Below are positions 1 to 9,912 of a stretch of DNA of 64,000 bases, piece by piece. The translations under genes were made by a program, and so were the position numbers. This DNA comes from Haliotis cracherodii (lineage: Eukaryota): positions 56,358,001 through 56,422,000 of the forward strand of contig NW_027266343.1 of NCBI RefSeq assembly GCF_022045235.1. The letters are read 5' to 3'. Position 1 is the first letter of the stretch; the number at the start of each line of letters is the position of its first letter. Below the pieces are notes generated by a model, which saw only the letters and a list, made by a program, of their open reading frames with translations, searched no databases and had not been told where the DNA came from.

Positions 1-2490
1 GTTGTGTGGTATGGACTCCGAAACCCGTGTGTTTGGAGGTCGGATCTGAGGATCCGTCCGTGTAAATGTGACACCAATTTGGCCAATTTTTGTGTATATA
101 TGCTAGTGTGGTAGTTTTAGCTATGTTTGGGTCGGTTTGTTTATTTATTTGGCTAGCTAGTGTTGTGTCTATTTTGGGTATTTTAAGTTTAGGGGTGAAG
201 ATATTTGATTGTTTGCAGTTTTGTTTAAGATTTTTAATTTGGTGTTCATTTAGGTAGTTTGTTATTCTTTGGGATATTGGGGTAAGTAAGGGGTGTTTAC
301 GAGCTAGAGCTTGGTTTTTAGGGCTGATGTTTTGGTTTATTAAGTTTTGGATGAGAGGGTTTGATTGGGACGCGGCCCAGAAATTTAAGCTTAGCTGTTC
401 CCTGCGTAGACTTAGTGGCATTTCTCCTGTTAAGGCCTGAAGTGAGGTGTAGGAGGTGCCATGTTGGGTGCGTGTAATGAGTTTGAGAGCCTGATATTGT
501 ATTGAGTCAAGTTTTTTAGATAGAAAGTTGTTTAGGGTGTTGTATATGGCGCAGCCGTAGTCTAGTTTTGATCTAATTAGGGATATGTAGAGAGAGAGGA
601 GAGTATCTTTGGAGGCTCCCCAGTTAGAGCCAGTTAGGCATCTTAGGGTGTTTAGGTCTTTACTGCATTTAGTTTTTAGGTTTTGGATGTGAGCATCCCA
701 GGTGAGATGTTCATCAAAAATAAGTCCTAAGAATTTGGTTTGTTTTTGAAATTTGATTGTTTGATTGTTTAGCTGGAGGATTGGGGAGGCGGGTTTCATG
801 TTTTTATGTTTGAATACTATTCCTGTTGTTTTTTCTGAGTTAAGGGAGAAGCCCCATTTGTCAGCCCATTGTTGTATTTTATTAAGAGATTTTTGGAGTA
901 GATTTTTGGCCATTTTCATGCTTTTAGTGCGGATCCAGAGGGCTCCATCATCCGCGAATTTTGATATGTTTACTTTGGGGGATAGTCCCTCGAATAGATC
1001 GTTTATCATAATATTGAAGAGTGTTGGGCTTAGGATACTGCCCTGGGGAGTGCCATTTTCTAGGGGACATTGGTCCGATAGCGTTTGGTCTATGCCCACG
1101 GTGATTTTGCGGTTTGTTAGGAAACTTTGGATGTAGTTAATTATTTGACCTTTAAGACCTATTTTTTTTAGTTTTTGTATTAGCCCGTTATGCCAAACCA
1201 TGTCGAATGCTTTGGAGAAGTCTAGAAAGATGCCTGTAGTATAGCCTGTTAAGTTGGCCTGTTAAGTTGGCCTGTTTTAATGTCCTGCTCTAGTCGGGCG
1301 AGGTTATCTAAGGTTGAGCGTCCAGGAGTGAAACCGCTTTGGTCTGGATTTATTATGTTGTTTTGTTCTAAGTAGTGTTGTAACCTGTTTTTTGCCATTG
1401 ATTCCATTACTTTGCATAAGTTAGAAATTAGGGAGACTGGTCTGTATGAATTAGCCTGGTCAGCTGGTCTGTTTGGTTTGGGGATTGGTATGACCAGGGC
1501 TTGTTTCCAAGGTGATGGGACCTGTCCGTTTAGATATATGAGTTTATAGAGTTTCAGAAGAGTTTGGAGTAGTTTGGGTGGTAATTGTTTAATTATCTGG
1601 TATGAAGTAAGGTCTAAGCCTGGGGCTGTGCCCTTTTTCCTATTTTGTAGGACGTGGAGTAGTTCTTCCATTGTGAAATGGAGATTAATTTCTAGGTTAT
1701 TATCTTTTGGCTCTTTGGTAAATTTGGTTTCTGATTTTAGTTGTTCCTGGAATTTTTGGTTGAAGTTGCTGACGGCCGAGAAGTGATTTGCTAGGTTATT
1801 AGCTTTTTCAGTGGGGTTTGTTGAATTGTTTATGTTGGGAGTTTTTTTATGATGTTTAATGCCCCTAATGGCGTGGATTTTGCGCCAAACTGTTCTGGCG
1901 TCTGTATGATGGTTAATTTCTTCGCAATTTTTTTTCCAGTCTCTTGTTTTAGCTGTTTTAACTAAGCTTTGTACTTTGTGATTTAGTTCATGTGCTATCT
2001 TTAGGTGTTTGAAGTCATGTTTGGCTTTATTGAATGCGGATTTGGTTTTACGCCTAGTTTGTTCTATCTCCTCGCTCCACCAAGATACCGAGGGTTTGCC
2101 TATGCTGGTTATTTTGAAAGGAATGGAGTGTTTAGCTGCGTTTATTATGTAGTCAGTGAGGTTTTTGCAGTAGACTTCGGGGTCGTTACTTTCTAGGTCA
2201 GCTATGTTAGCCTGGTTGCAAATTTCCTGAAATTTGTCCCAGTCGGCTTTGTTGTAGTGGAATTTAGGTTCCTGGTTTTGGGCTGGTGTTGGGATGTTTA
2301 CGTCTCCTAGAGTTATATTTATGGGGAAGTGGTCACTACCTAGTGGTACCCCGTGTACTTCCCATTGAATACTTTGGGCTAAATCTGGGGTGCATATGGT
2401 TAAGTCGATAGGCGACAGATATTTTGTGGTGTATTTTGTCGTATCTAGTAGGTTGGTTGTTATTTAGTAGTATTAGGTCATTTTGTTTCT
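1..2490 (-). mobile_element. Non-LTR retrotransposon (I group, Nimb/I-like), 5'-truncated ORF2: end of APE endonuclease, RT, start of RNase H; runs off the window start
   Basis: Minus-strand translation gives SPIDLTICT...PLGSDHFPI (APE end, ~2310-2420), APGLD..SY, YRPVSLISNLCKVME, QSGFTPGRSTLDNL (ORF 1249-1671), FLDFSKAFDMVWH, GTPQGSILSPTLFNIMINDL, KFADDGALW (~940-960) and HIYTDGS near 50-75. A 13-bp tandem duplication (gcctgttaagttg, ~1244-1270) frameshifts the RT. Confidence 0.93.
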
Positions 2491-2970
2491 ATCCATAAAA
2501 TTGACTGCAACTGCGGGCAATCTTACGTAGGTGAAACATCCCGCCCAATCAACACTAGAATCAAAGAGCATAAAACCTCCATCATCAAATCCGACAGCAA
2601 ATCAGCCATCTCGGACCATATCATCAACTGTCCCAATCACATCATCAACTGGGACAACGTCCAAATCCTCGCCAACAACCTCCATGATTTCACCAAAAGA
2701 AAACTAACACAAGCCATCAATCAACAGAGATCAAGGCTATTTCATCCCATCCGCCTACTATGAACTCATCAAACAATATCACCTGTTTATTGGCTTCATG
2801 CCCCATTGGCTTCTAGCTATGTGTTTTCTGTCCATCGTGTTGTGATAGCATCATCCTTGTTGTCACACCTACCTATGTTATCCCACTCATGTATGCCCTT
2901 GTTGTTACTGTTAATCCTCTACTGTTAATCCTCCACTTGCTATATATATTCTGCACTATGTCCCTCATTC

Positions 2971-4023
2971 AGAATAACCAATTACCTAAACGAACACAAA
3001 ATAAATAATCTTAAACAAAACAATAAATCATCCAATATCTTCACTCCAAAACTTAAAATACCAAAAATAGACACAACACTAGCCGATACACTAAATAAAC
3101 AGACCGATCCTAACATCGCTAAAACCACCACACTAGTATACATACATGAAAATTGGCCAAATTGGTGTCACATATACACAGACGGATCCTCAGATCCGAT
3201 CTCAAAACACACAGGTTTCGGAGTCCACATCGCACAACCAACCAAAGACACACAACCTTACCGACTCCCAAACAACCAATCCATATTCACGGCCGAACTA
3301 ATGGGCATGGCCTCAGCACTACACAATCAGCAATCTAAAAAACACCAAAAAATCCTCATCCTAACCGACTCCCTCAGTGGACTACAAGCCCTCAAAAATA
3401 AAAACACTAAAAACCGCCCCAAACTAATAAATCAAATACTCAATAGATCAAACAACTTAACTAAGGTAGGTAAACAAATAGAGTTCATTTGGATCCCCGC
3501 CCATGTAGGAATCTTTGGAAATGAAAAGGCAGATAAAGCAGCAAAATTATCCCTTAAACTCCCAGAAATAAGCTTAAACTTACCCAGCTCAAAATCAGAA
3601 ATCAAAAGTGTCACTAAACAAAAAATGAACAAAAAATGGCAACATATATACCAAAACTCAAATAGCCAAATCAGGAAAGTACTCAAAAAAACCCTAAATA
3701 AACCCAAAATACTACACCCATCCAAAAAAATCGACAGAATAATTACCAAACTACAAACAGGCCACACCAAACTAAATAATCACCGTAAAATAGCTAAACT
3801 ACACACAACAGGAAACTGCCCACATTGCAAACAACAAGAAACACCAGAACACGTACTCATTCACTGCACACACTACCAAACACACCGAACAACACTACAG
3901 ACCACCCTAAATCTTAAAACCGGACTTACACTAGAATCAATCCTAAATCCACAAAATAAATTAGAAAAATTCAAAGCCTTAGGCATATACCTAATAAAAA
4001 CAGGACTAATTAGTCGCATTTAA
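2971..4023 (+). CDS. LINE ORF2 C-terminal fragment: RNase H plus CCHC zinc knuckle (open frame, no native start)
   Basis: Frame is open from 2971 into ORF 3301-4023: HIYTDGS, IFTAEL, ILTDSLS, WIPAHVGIFGNEKAD, CPHCKQQETPEHVLIHC. Confidence 0.9.
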   Translation, partial: RITNYLNEHKINNLKQNNKSSNIFTPKLKIPKIDTTLADTLNKQTDPNIAKTTTLVYIHENWPNWCHIYTDGSSDPISKHTGFGVHIAQPTKDTQPYRLPNNQSIFTAELMGMASALHNQQSKKHQKILILTDSLSGLQALKNKNTKNRPKLINQILNRSNNLTKVGKQIEFIWIPAHVGIFGNEKADKAAKLSLKLPEISLNLPSSKSEIKSVTKQKMNKKWQHIYQNSNSQIRKVLKKTLNKPKILHPSKKIDRIITKLQTGHTKLNNHRKIAKLHTTGNCPHCKQQETPEHVLIHCTHYQTHRTTLQTTLNLKTGLTLESILNPQNKLEKFKALGIYLIKTGLISRI

Positions 4024-4300
4024 ACCCCAAATAAAATATTAAAACCAAAACTACCTTATTTGATAACCACCCAACACACACAGCTCCCTTAGTTCGTCCC
4101 CCACCCACTCTTGGCATTCTTTCCAAATCTCAAAATTTCAAAATTACTATATAAGTAACCCCTAAAGCCCCCTCCTGGGTTGCACAAACTCACTTTTCCC
4201 CTTTTTGGAAACACATTAAATGGCCTGGCCGGGCCCGTGTGCGACATACGCTTGCAGTCGGAAAGCGTACGTTAAATCTCCAATATAAGTAAGTAAGTAA
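2973..4300 (+). mobile_element. 5'-truncated I-group LINE copy with (TAAG)n tail and 11-bp TSD
   Basis: TSD ccctcattcag at 2962-2972 and 4301-4311; tail taagtaagtaagtaa ending at 4300; 2973-3240 is clearly homologous to the reverse complement of 1-270. Confidence 0.93.
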
Positions 4301-4315
4301 CCCTCATTCAGTCTT

Positions 4316-4353
4316 GCTTGACAACGGTATAAGGATTTATACCGAAACGTCGC
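4316..4353 (+). ncRNA. Minimal type-I hammerhead ribozyme-like motif (U3-A8 core variant) in a Penelope terminus
   Basis: TTGACAA (4318-4324), C, stem II GGTATAA/TTATACC, GAAA, CGTC. Stem III is the palindromic ACGT. A second copy at 47818-47855 shows a compensatory stem II change. Confidence 0.7.
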
Positions 4354-4602
4354 TTTTTACAGTATTAAAGAAGTTGTTATCCATAAAGTTGTGTCTATCT
4401 TGTCATCCGCCAACTTCTAAGTAATGCCTATCAAACAAGGTATTAAATCATCACGTTGATTTTGAACAAAAGAGATCGGGGTTGTCCTCTGGTTCCATGC
4501 AATGTGTCAATTGCACTGTCACAATTAACAACTAGTATAGCAGCCATGGACAGTGAAGTGAACTGTAGTAGTTAAGCCTCAGCGATGTCTAAGTTCGGGG
4601 TT

Positions 4603-4833
4603 ACCCGTAAAGATCCGGGGTAGAATAACTCTCCAGCAACCCACGCTTGTCGTAATAGGCGACAAACGGGATCGGGTGGTCAGGCTCGCTGACTTGTTTG
4701 ATGCATGACATCGATCCCAATTGCGTGGATTGATGCTCATGATATTAATCACTGGATTGGCTGGTCCAGATTCGATTACTCACAAACCGCCGTCATATAG
4801 CTGGAATATTGATGAATGAAAATCAAACAAAAC
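4603..4833 (+). mobile_element. SINE-like family A copy (diverged, one hairpin unit)
   Basis: Starts acccgtaaagatccggggtagaata; body and tail match the other family A copies; ends in caaa-type repeats. Confidence 0.9.
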
Positions 4834-6019
4834 AATTATTTCAAGAAAGTGATGCTTTATATTTTTGGACTTGGGGATGAGTCTATCCCACGTTTTCAGT
4901 TAGCCAATTATGTAATACACAACAAGTAATGAATTGATAAATCTCTTTTTGAAGGTGAAATGGTCCAGATGAGTGAGAGAAATAAATAAATGAGGCATTT
5001 AAATGATCTCCCTTGTATACATCAATCGGTATTATCAGCAAATCATAATCAACAATGCTTGCGCGGTATTATGGAGGCTTTGCATAACATAAATATGGGC
5101 AAAAGTAAAGAATGAGGGCTATTGTTTTCAACAGTGTTTCTGATATATCCCGACGTGACAACATTGTGTGTGGAGGAAGCCCAAAGTGATATTAAATGTA
5201 AACGCAAGAGAATAATCAGTCTTAGATACATTGCAATTCTTAGATGCACGTACACCACGACATGAGTAAGGTGCGAGTTTGTAGGTTCGAAGGTTTGTAG
5301 AACTGTGAAATATGTTCAGTAAACATGTTGCAAACAAGGCTGCTGCATTCTGGAATATGTGAAAATCTGACAACATTGAACCTGAGTTGTTAAGGAAAAG
5401 TGTTAGAATTCTGGATATGACTAGTTTTGCAAAAAGAAGGATGGATGGCTGCGATCTTTCAAGAAGGTGTAGGAAAGTTATTTGACAAATAGAGTGACAT
5501 GGAGGATTGAAACAAAACGCCTTGGTGACATATCAAAATCAGTGATGTAAAACCCTAGAGAAAGGCCTGAAGCGACGATACAGGGCTGAAGGGACCCATT
5601 GCCCTTCAGCTTAAGATAGTTTGGTGCCACCTATGTTCTCACATCCCCGCTGCAGATGTACTCAAATTACCAATAATTGTATTTTGCTATGGTGTCTGAC
5701 AAGAACTGTAGGGTAAGTTGTTCCACTTGCGTTAGCTTAGCGGTTACAGTGTTCACGTTTGATGATCTGTTTTAGAATTATTTTCACCGCTATTTTGCTA
5801 TTTATGCCCAGTAGAATTTGTTTCTGTGGATAATCAGGACAGGTTATTCTCTGGCCTTTCAGTTCTATATTTACTATGTGATAAAATAGGCTCGTGTGAG
5901 TTTGCTGCATCAGCGATAAAACATACGTAAAACAATTTCAATAATGCACTGAGTCTTTGTGTCCTTTTTTGACAAATTGTGTCATTTCACCATGGGAAGT
6001 TCAATAAGATGGATCAATA

Positions 6020-6880
6020 TGTCAATATGTCAGTCATAACATATTGTTGGAGGGCAGGTCAGATTGATGCAGGTTTAAGCGTATAATACTTCATGGAAAC
6101 AAATGTGCACAACAAGGGCTGTGTTGCGTGAATCCAGGATGCATGAAAACAATAGTGGGCGTGAGATGAGTTTAATTGCTTTCCGCTGCGTCAAGGAGAT
6201 GGATTATGATCCCTTGTCTTCGCTTGAAACCCTTAATCCAGGATGATGTGCTCTAGTTGCCATGATTGCAAGTTCGAGATATTTGGATTGTCTCCCAGCC
6301 AGGACATGGTGAAAGTGAATCAGTTTATTGACCTCGTCGATGAATGATAAACTTCCAAAATCTTGAAGAATATGGTGCAGGAATTTTCGACGGAGACAGA
6401 GCCGGTCAGTTTACAAGGAGACACCGCAAAGAACTCCGTAGACGAAATCGAAAAATGTAAGAGGTTGAAATACAGAAAAATATTAACTTTGCTAGTGGCA
6501 GCAAACATGATCCGCGTGGAAAATAAACAGAAACTGGCCCGAGACCAAATATGAAACCCCTGATGTTTCAAACTATGTGTGCAGCATGTCAGGTCATTAT
6601 CGTTCAAATAAGAAAGTATGGTTGATTGGCGAGATCTTTACAGATTAAAGCATGGCTAAGACGGAAAATCGTTCTGATTGTTGGCATTTGCCCCCTTCCG
6701 AATTTGAAGAAAATTAAACTGCCCTTTCTTCCACCAACCGCATTAAAGACGCTCCCAGGACCAGGGCATACTATCAAACATCAAATGCCTCTACAAAGAA
6801 CAGATGAAGAAGGGGGTGCTGTCAGCCTCCGACAAGACGTCGAACGTGTCATCTCTGTACTGAAAGCCAATACCATTGCG
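6020..6880 (+). pseudogene. Highly degraded PLE remnant, possibly Naiad-type (GIY-YIG upstream of RT)
   Basis: Broken motifs in the expected order: CQS*HIVG (~6028-6050), ETLNPG (~6227), a frameshifted GPxY.EP-like stretch (~6540-6560), VLSASDKTSNV (~6815-6848) resembling the DKASNN motif. Confidence 0.35.
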
Positions 6881-7358
6881 CATCCACTATGTCGCGGTAA
6901 TGTACAATTGTAGCCATGACTCTTTGTCTTCTGGTGGGTATAGGATTATCCACGCGGATGCCGGCTAGTTAAAGGCTTGCTCACTTTTAATCATGAGGAT
7001 ATCTCAGCGTTCTGGTTTTGCTAATTGTCCGTGACAACTAATTCAATTATTTATTCTCAAATCACAACCCACGATGGTGCAAGAGCACATATCAATGACA
7101 ATTACTGGATAATAAATACCATGATCTTAACACTTCGAACGAGATACAATTGCAATATATTGAGACATATTTTTAACTTCGAAACATTTCTAGTACACAA
7201 GAGTGCTGTTAACTTACCGCTATGAGGTAAAGTACTGAATAGATTTGTAAGACTAATTCTATTCGAATGTGTCCGGAATGTTACTTACTGTGCTATGGAA
7301 GTATTAAGTATTGGGCGACAGACAGTCAGAACCACATATTTTCTCCTCCTAAAATAAT

Positions 7359-7845
7359 TATGACGGCGGTCTGTAATTAATCGAGTCTGGACCAGACAAT
7401 CCAGTGATTGATATCATGAGCATCGATCCACGCACTTGGTTGGTTGGTTCTTTATCGCCGCACTCAGCAATAGTCCAGCTATATGACGGCGGTCTGTAAA
7501 TAATCGAGTCTGGACCAGGCAATCCAGTGATTGGCATCATGAACATCGATCCACGCAATTGGGATCGATGACAAAGTCATGCATCAACCAAGTCTACGAG
7601 CCTGACCATCCAATCCCCATAGTTGCCTTTTATGGCAAGCATGGGTTGTTGAAGACCTATTCTACCCCGGATCTTCACGCACTTGGGATCAATGACATGC
7701 ATCAACTAAGTCAGTGAGCCAGACCACCGGATCCCGTTAATCGCCACTTACGACAAGCATAGTCGCCACTTACGACAAGCATAGTCGCCTTTAACGGGAA
7801 GCATTGGTTGCTGAAGACCTATTCTACTCCGGATCTTCACGGGTC
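7359..7845 (-). mobile_element. Family A copy with a second family A copy (7440-7679) nested in the same orientation
   Basis: TSD cacgcacttgg at 7429-7439 and 7676-7686. The outer copy's 5' end GACCCGTG is at 7845 and it carries three hairpin units. Confidence 0.9.
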
Positions 7846-7917
7846 TACAAATGTAAGCAGCATAGCGGGCCTAAAGTGAGCAAAGTTCATTGTAAACCTT
7901 ACCTAAATGATACAGCT

Positions 7918-8005
7918 GTTCCACAAAGCGACCATAGCACTACTACCTTTTGTCCCATACGGTAACACACTTACGCTAGTCGTTGCGCAGGTCGTTTTGT
8001 GGAAC
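7918..8005. mobile_element. Small MITE-like element
   Basis: Inverted repeat gttccacaaagcgacc (7918-7933) versus ggtcgttttgtggaac (7990-8005), 15/16 match. Confidence 0.5.
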
Positions 8006-8204
8006 GCCCAGTGCTTATATGCACGTTTTACCGCTGTGGCCAAGCTATGGTAACACAGCTGCTTTGCCTGTGTGCCCTATGATTCATATATTCCGCTAAA
8101 AAAGAAACGTCAGACTGAAAATATGTAGGGAATCTTTTAATAATATTTTAATATTTTCAAGTGTGTGTATCAAACCAATAACACCGCACTATGAAATTCC
8201 ATTT

Positions 8205-8836
8205 ATGCGACGGCGGTCTGTATAAATAATCGAGCCTGGACCAAACAATACAGTGATTGATATCATGAGCATGACATGCATCAACCAAGTCAGCGAGCCT
8301 GTCCACCAGATCCCGTTAGTCGCCTCTTACGTTGGGTGGTTGGTTGGTTTGTTGTTTAGGGCCGCACTCAGCAATATTCCAGCTATATGACGGCGGTCTG
8401 TAAATAATCGAGTCTGGACCAGACAATCCAGTGATTCATATCATGAGCATCGATCCACGCAATTGGGATCAATGACATGCATCAACCAAGTCAGCGAGCC
8501 TGACCACCCGATCCCGTTAGTCGCCTTTTACGACAAGCATAGTTACCTTTTACGTCAAGCATGGGCTGCTGAAGACCTATTCGGGGCGGTCGGGTAGCCT
8601 AGTGGTTAAAGCGTTCGCTCGTCACGCCGAAGACCCGGGTTCGAATCCCGACATGGGTAGAATGATGAAGCCCATTTCTGGTGTCCCCCGCCGTGATATT
8701 GCTGGAATATTGCTAAAAGCGGCGTAAAACCAAACTAACTCACTCACTGAAGACCTATTCTACCCCGGAATCTTCACGGGTCGTCGCCGCTTACGACAAA
8801 CATGCTGAAGATTAATTCTAATCCGGATTTTCACTG
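8205..8836 (-). mobile_element. Older family A copy containing a younger family A copy (8332-8782)
   Basis: TSD gtcgcc(t/g)cttacg at 8319-8331 and 8783-8795; the inner copy is full length from GACCCGTG at 8782. Confidence 0.9.
8583..8746 (+). mobile_element. tRNA-derived SINE family C (tRNA-Asp-like head), full length
   Basis: A box TAGCCTAGTGG, GTC at the anticodon-like position, B box GTTCGAATCC, (ctca)n tail; 14-bp TSD ctgaagacctattc at 8569-8582 and 8747-8760. Confidence 0.93.
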
Positions 8837-9199
8837 CTCAGAGGTACTTCGATTCCCCGAGTTTTATTTTATTGTGTTATGTAAATAGTTCAGTCTTTAA
8901 AATGATATCTAGTTTTAAATACAAATTTAATATATATTACTGGCTAGTTTACTGTCATTTGGCGACATGATGTTACCAAACAGAATATCCCAACACAACT
9001 AAAAAACTGTTTATATAACAGTTTAAATGTATGATATTTCTGAACTATTTTCATTATCAATGTCTTTATTTCACTGCAGTGATATTTCCCTAAATGGTAT
9101 ACTGTTCTTTCTCGAGATGAACAGATCCTTATTCTTGCAAAACTTGTTCCCACCGCTATATGGCTGTGATATAGCCGAAGCGTTGTACCTCATAACCAT

Positions 9200-9402
9200 A
9201 CCCGTGAAGATCCGGGAATAAGCAACCCATAAAAGGCGCCGTTAAAGGCGACTAACGTGATCGGGTGGTCAGGCTCGCTGACTTGGTTGATGCATGTCAG
9301 CGTGATGCTTATGATGTCAATCACTGGATTGTCTTGGTCAGACTCGATTATTTACAGACCGCCACCATACATTGAGTGCGGCGTTAAACAACAAACAAAC
9401 AA
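9200..9402 (+). mobile_element. Family A copy with internal deletions
   Basis: Starts acccgtgaagatccggg; (caaa)n tail; probable TSD acctcataa at 9187-9195 and 9403-9411. Confidence 0.88.
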
Positions 9403-9759
9403 ACCTCATAATTCACTCATACATGTATATTTATGATATACGTGTGCTAACTATTGAACAAGTAAACAAAGAGTTAAATGGTGTAAAACTTACACCAGAC
9501 GTTATGGAACTTGCATTCACCTTCACTAAAACTCATACATTACCTATTTTAAAAAAACTGTTTGGAAAGAGACGCCATATGGTAAAGTTACGTCACCGTA
9601 CATGGTCGGCGGATCACACCGGTAAGTGCACTCTGGCGCTGAAACATTCTTTACCCGACAGCCTTAAGTCTTTCTGTCAGTTTCACTAAATCAGCCAATG
9701 TATCTGGGTTAGTAATGCTTCCAAGAAAGCTAACTAGGTTTTCAGGTCGACATCCTTGC

Positions 9760-9912
9760 NNNNNNNNNNNNNNNNNNNNNNNNNNNNNNNNNNNNNNNNN
9801 NNNNNNNNNNNNNNNNNNNNNNNNNNNNNNNNNNNNNNNNNNNNNNNNNNNNNNNNNNNNNNNNNNNNNNNNNNNNNNNNNNNNNNNNNNNNNNNNNNNN
9901 NNNNNNNNNNNN
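9760..9912. other. Assembly gap
   Basis: Run of N. Confidence 1.

Larger units (their letters stand above)
2491..4440 (+). mobile_element. Penelope-like element 3' part (GIY-YIG endonuclease plus pLTR), interrupted by a LINE at 2973-4300
   Basis: 2491-2780 translates as IHKIDCNCGQSYVGETSRPINTRIKEHK...SAISDH...INWDNVQIL, then INRDQGYFIPSAYYELI, typical of the Penelope C-terminal GIY-YIG. The sequence resumes after the TSD at 4312 with a hammerhead-like motif and a terminus homologous to 47815-47938. Confidence 0.88.

Noticed and set aside
765-1136. Plus-strand 123-aa ORF (also 3432-3770 minus and 14286-14687 minus)
   Set aside because: Antisense shadows of retroelement coding sequence.
8583-8655. 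tRNA-Asp-like gene (also the tRNA-like heads at 20495 and 62700)
   Set aside because: No proper acceptor stem; it continues into a SINE body and tail and is flanked by a TSD.
9600-9760. Coding-like segment and possible transposon end next to the gap
   Set aside because: Truncated by Ns; nothing diagnostic is visible.
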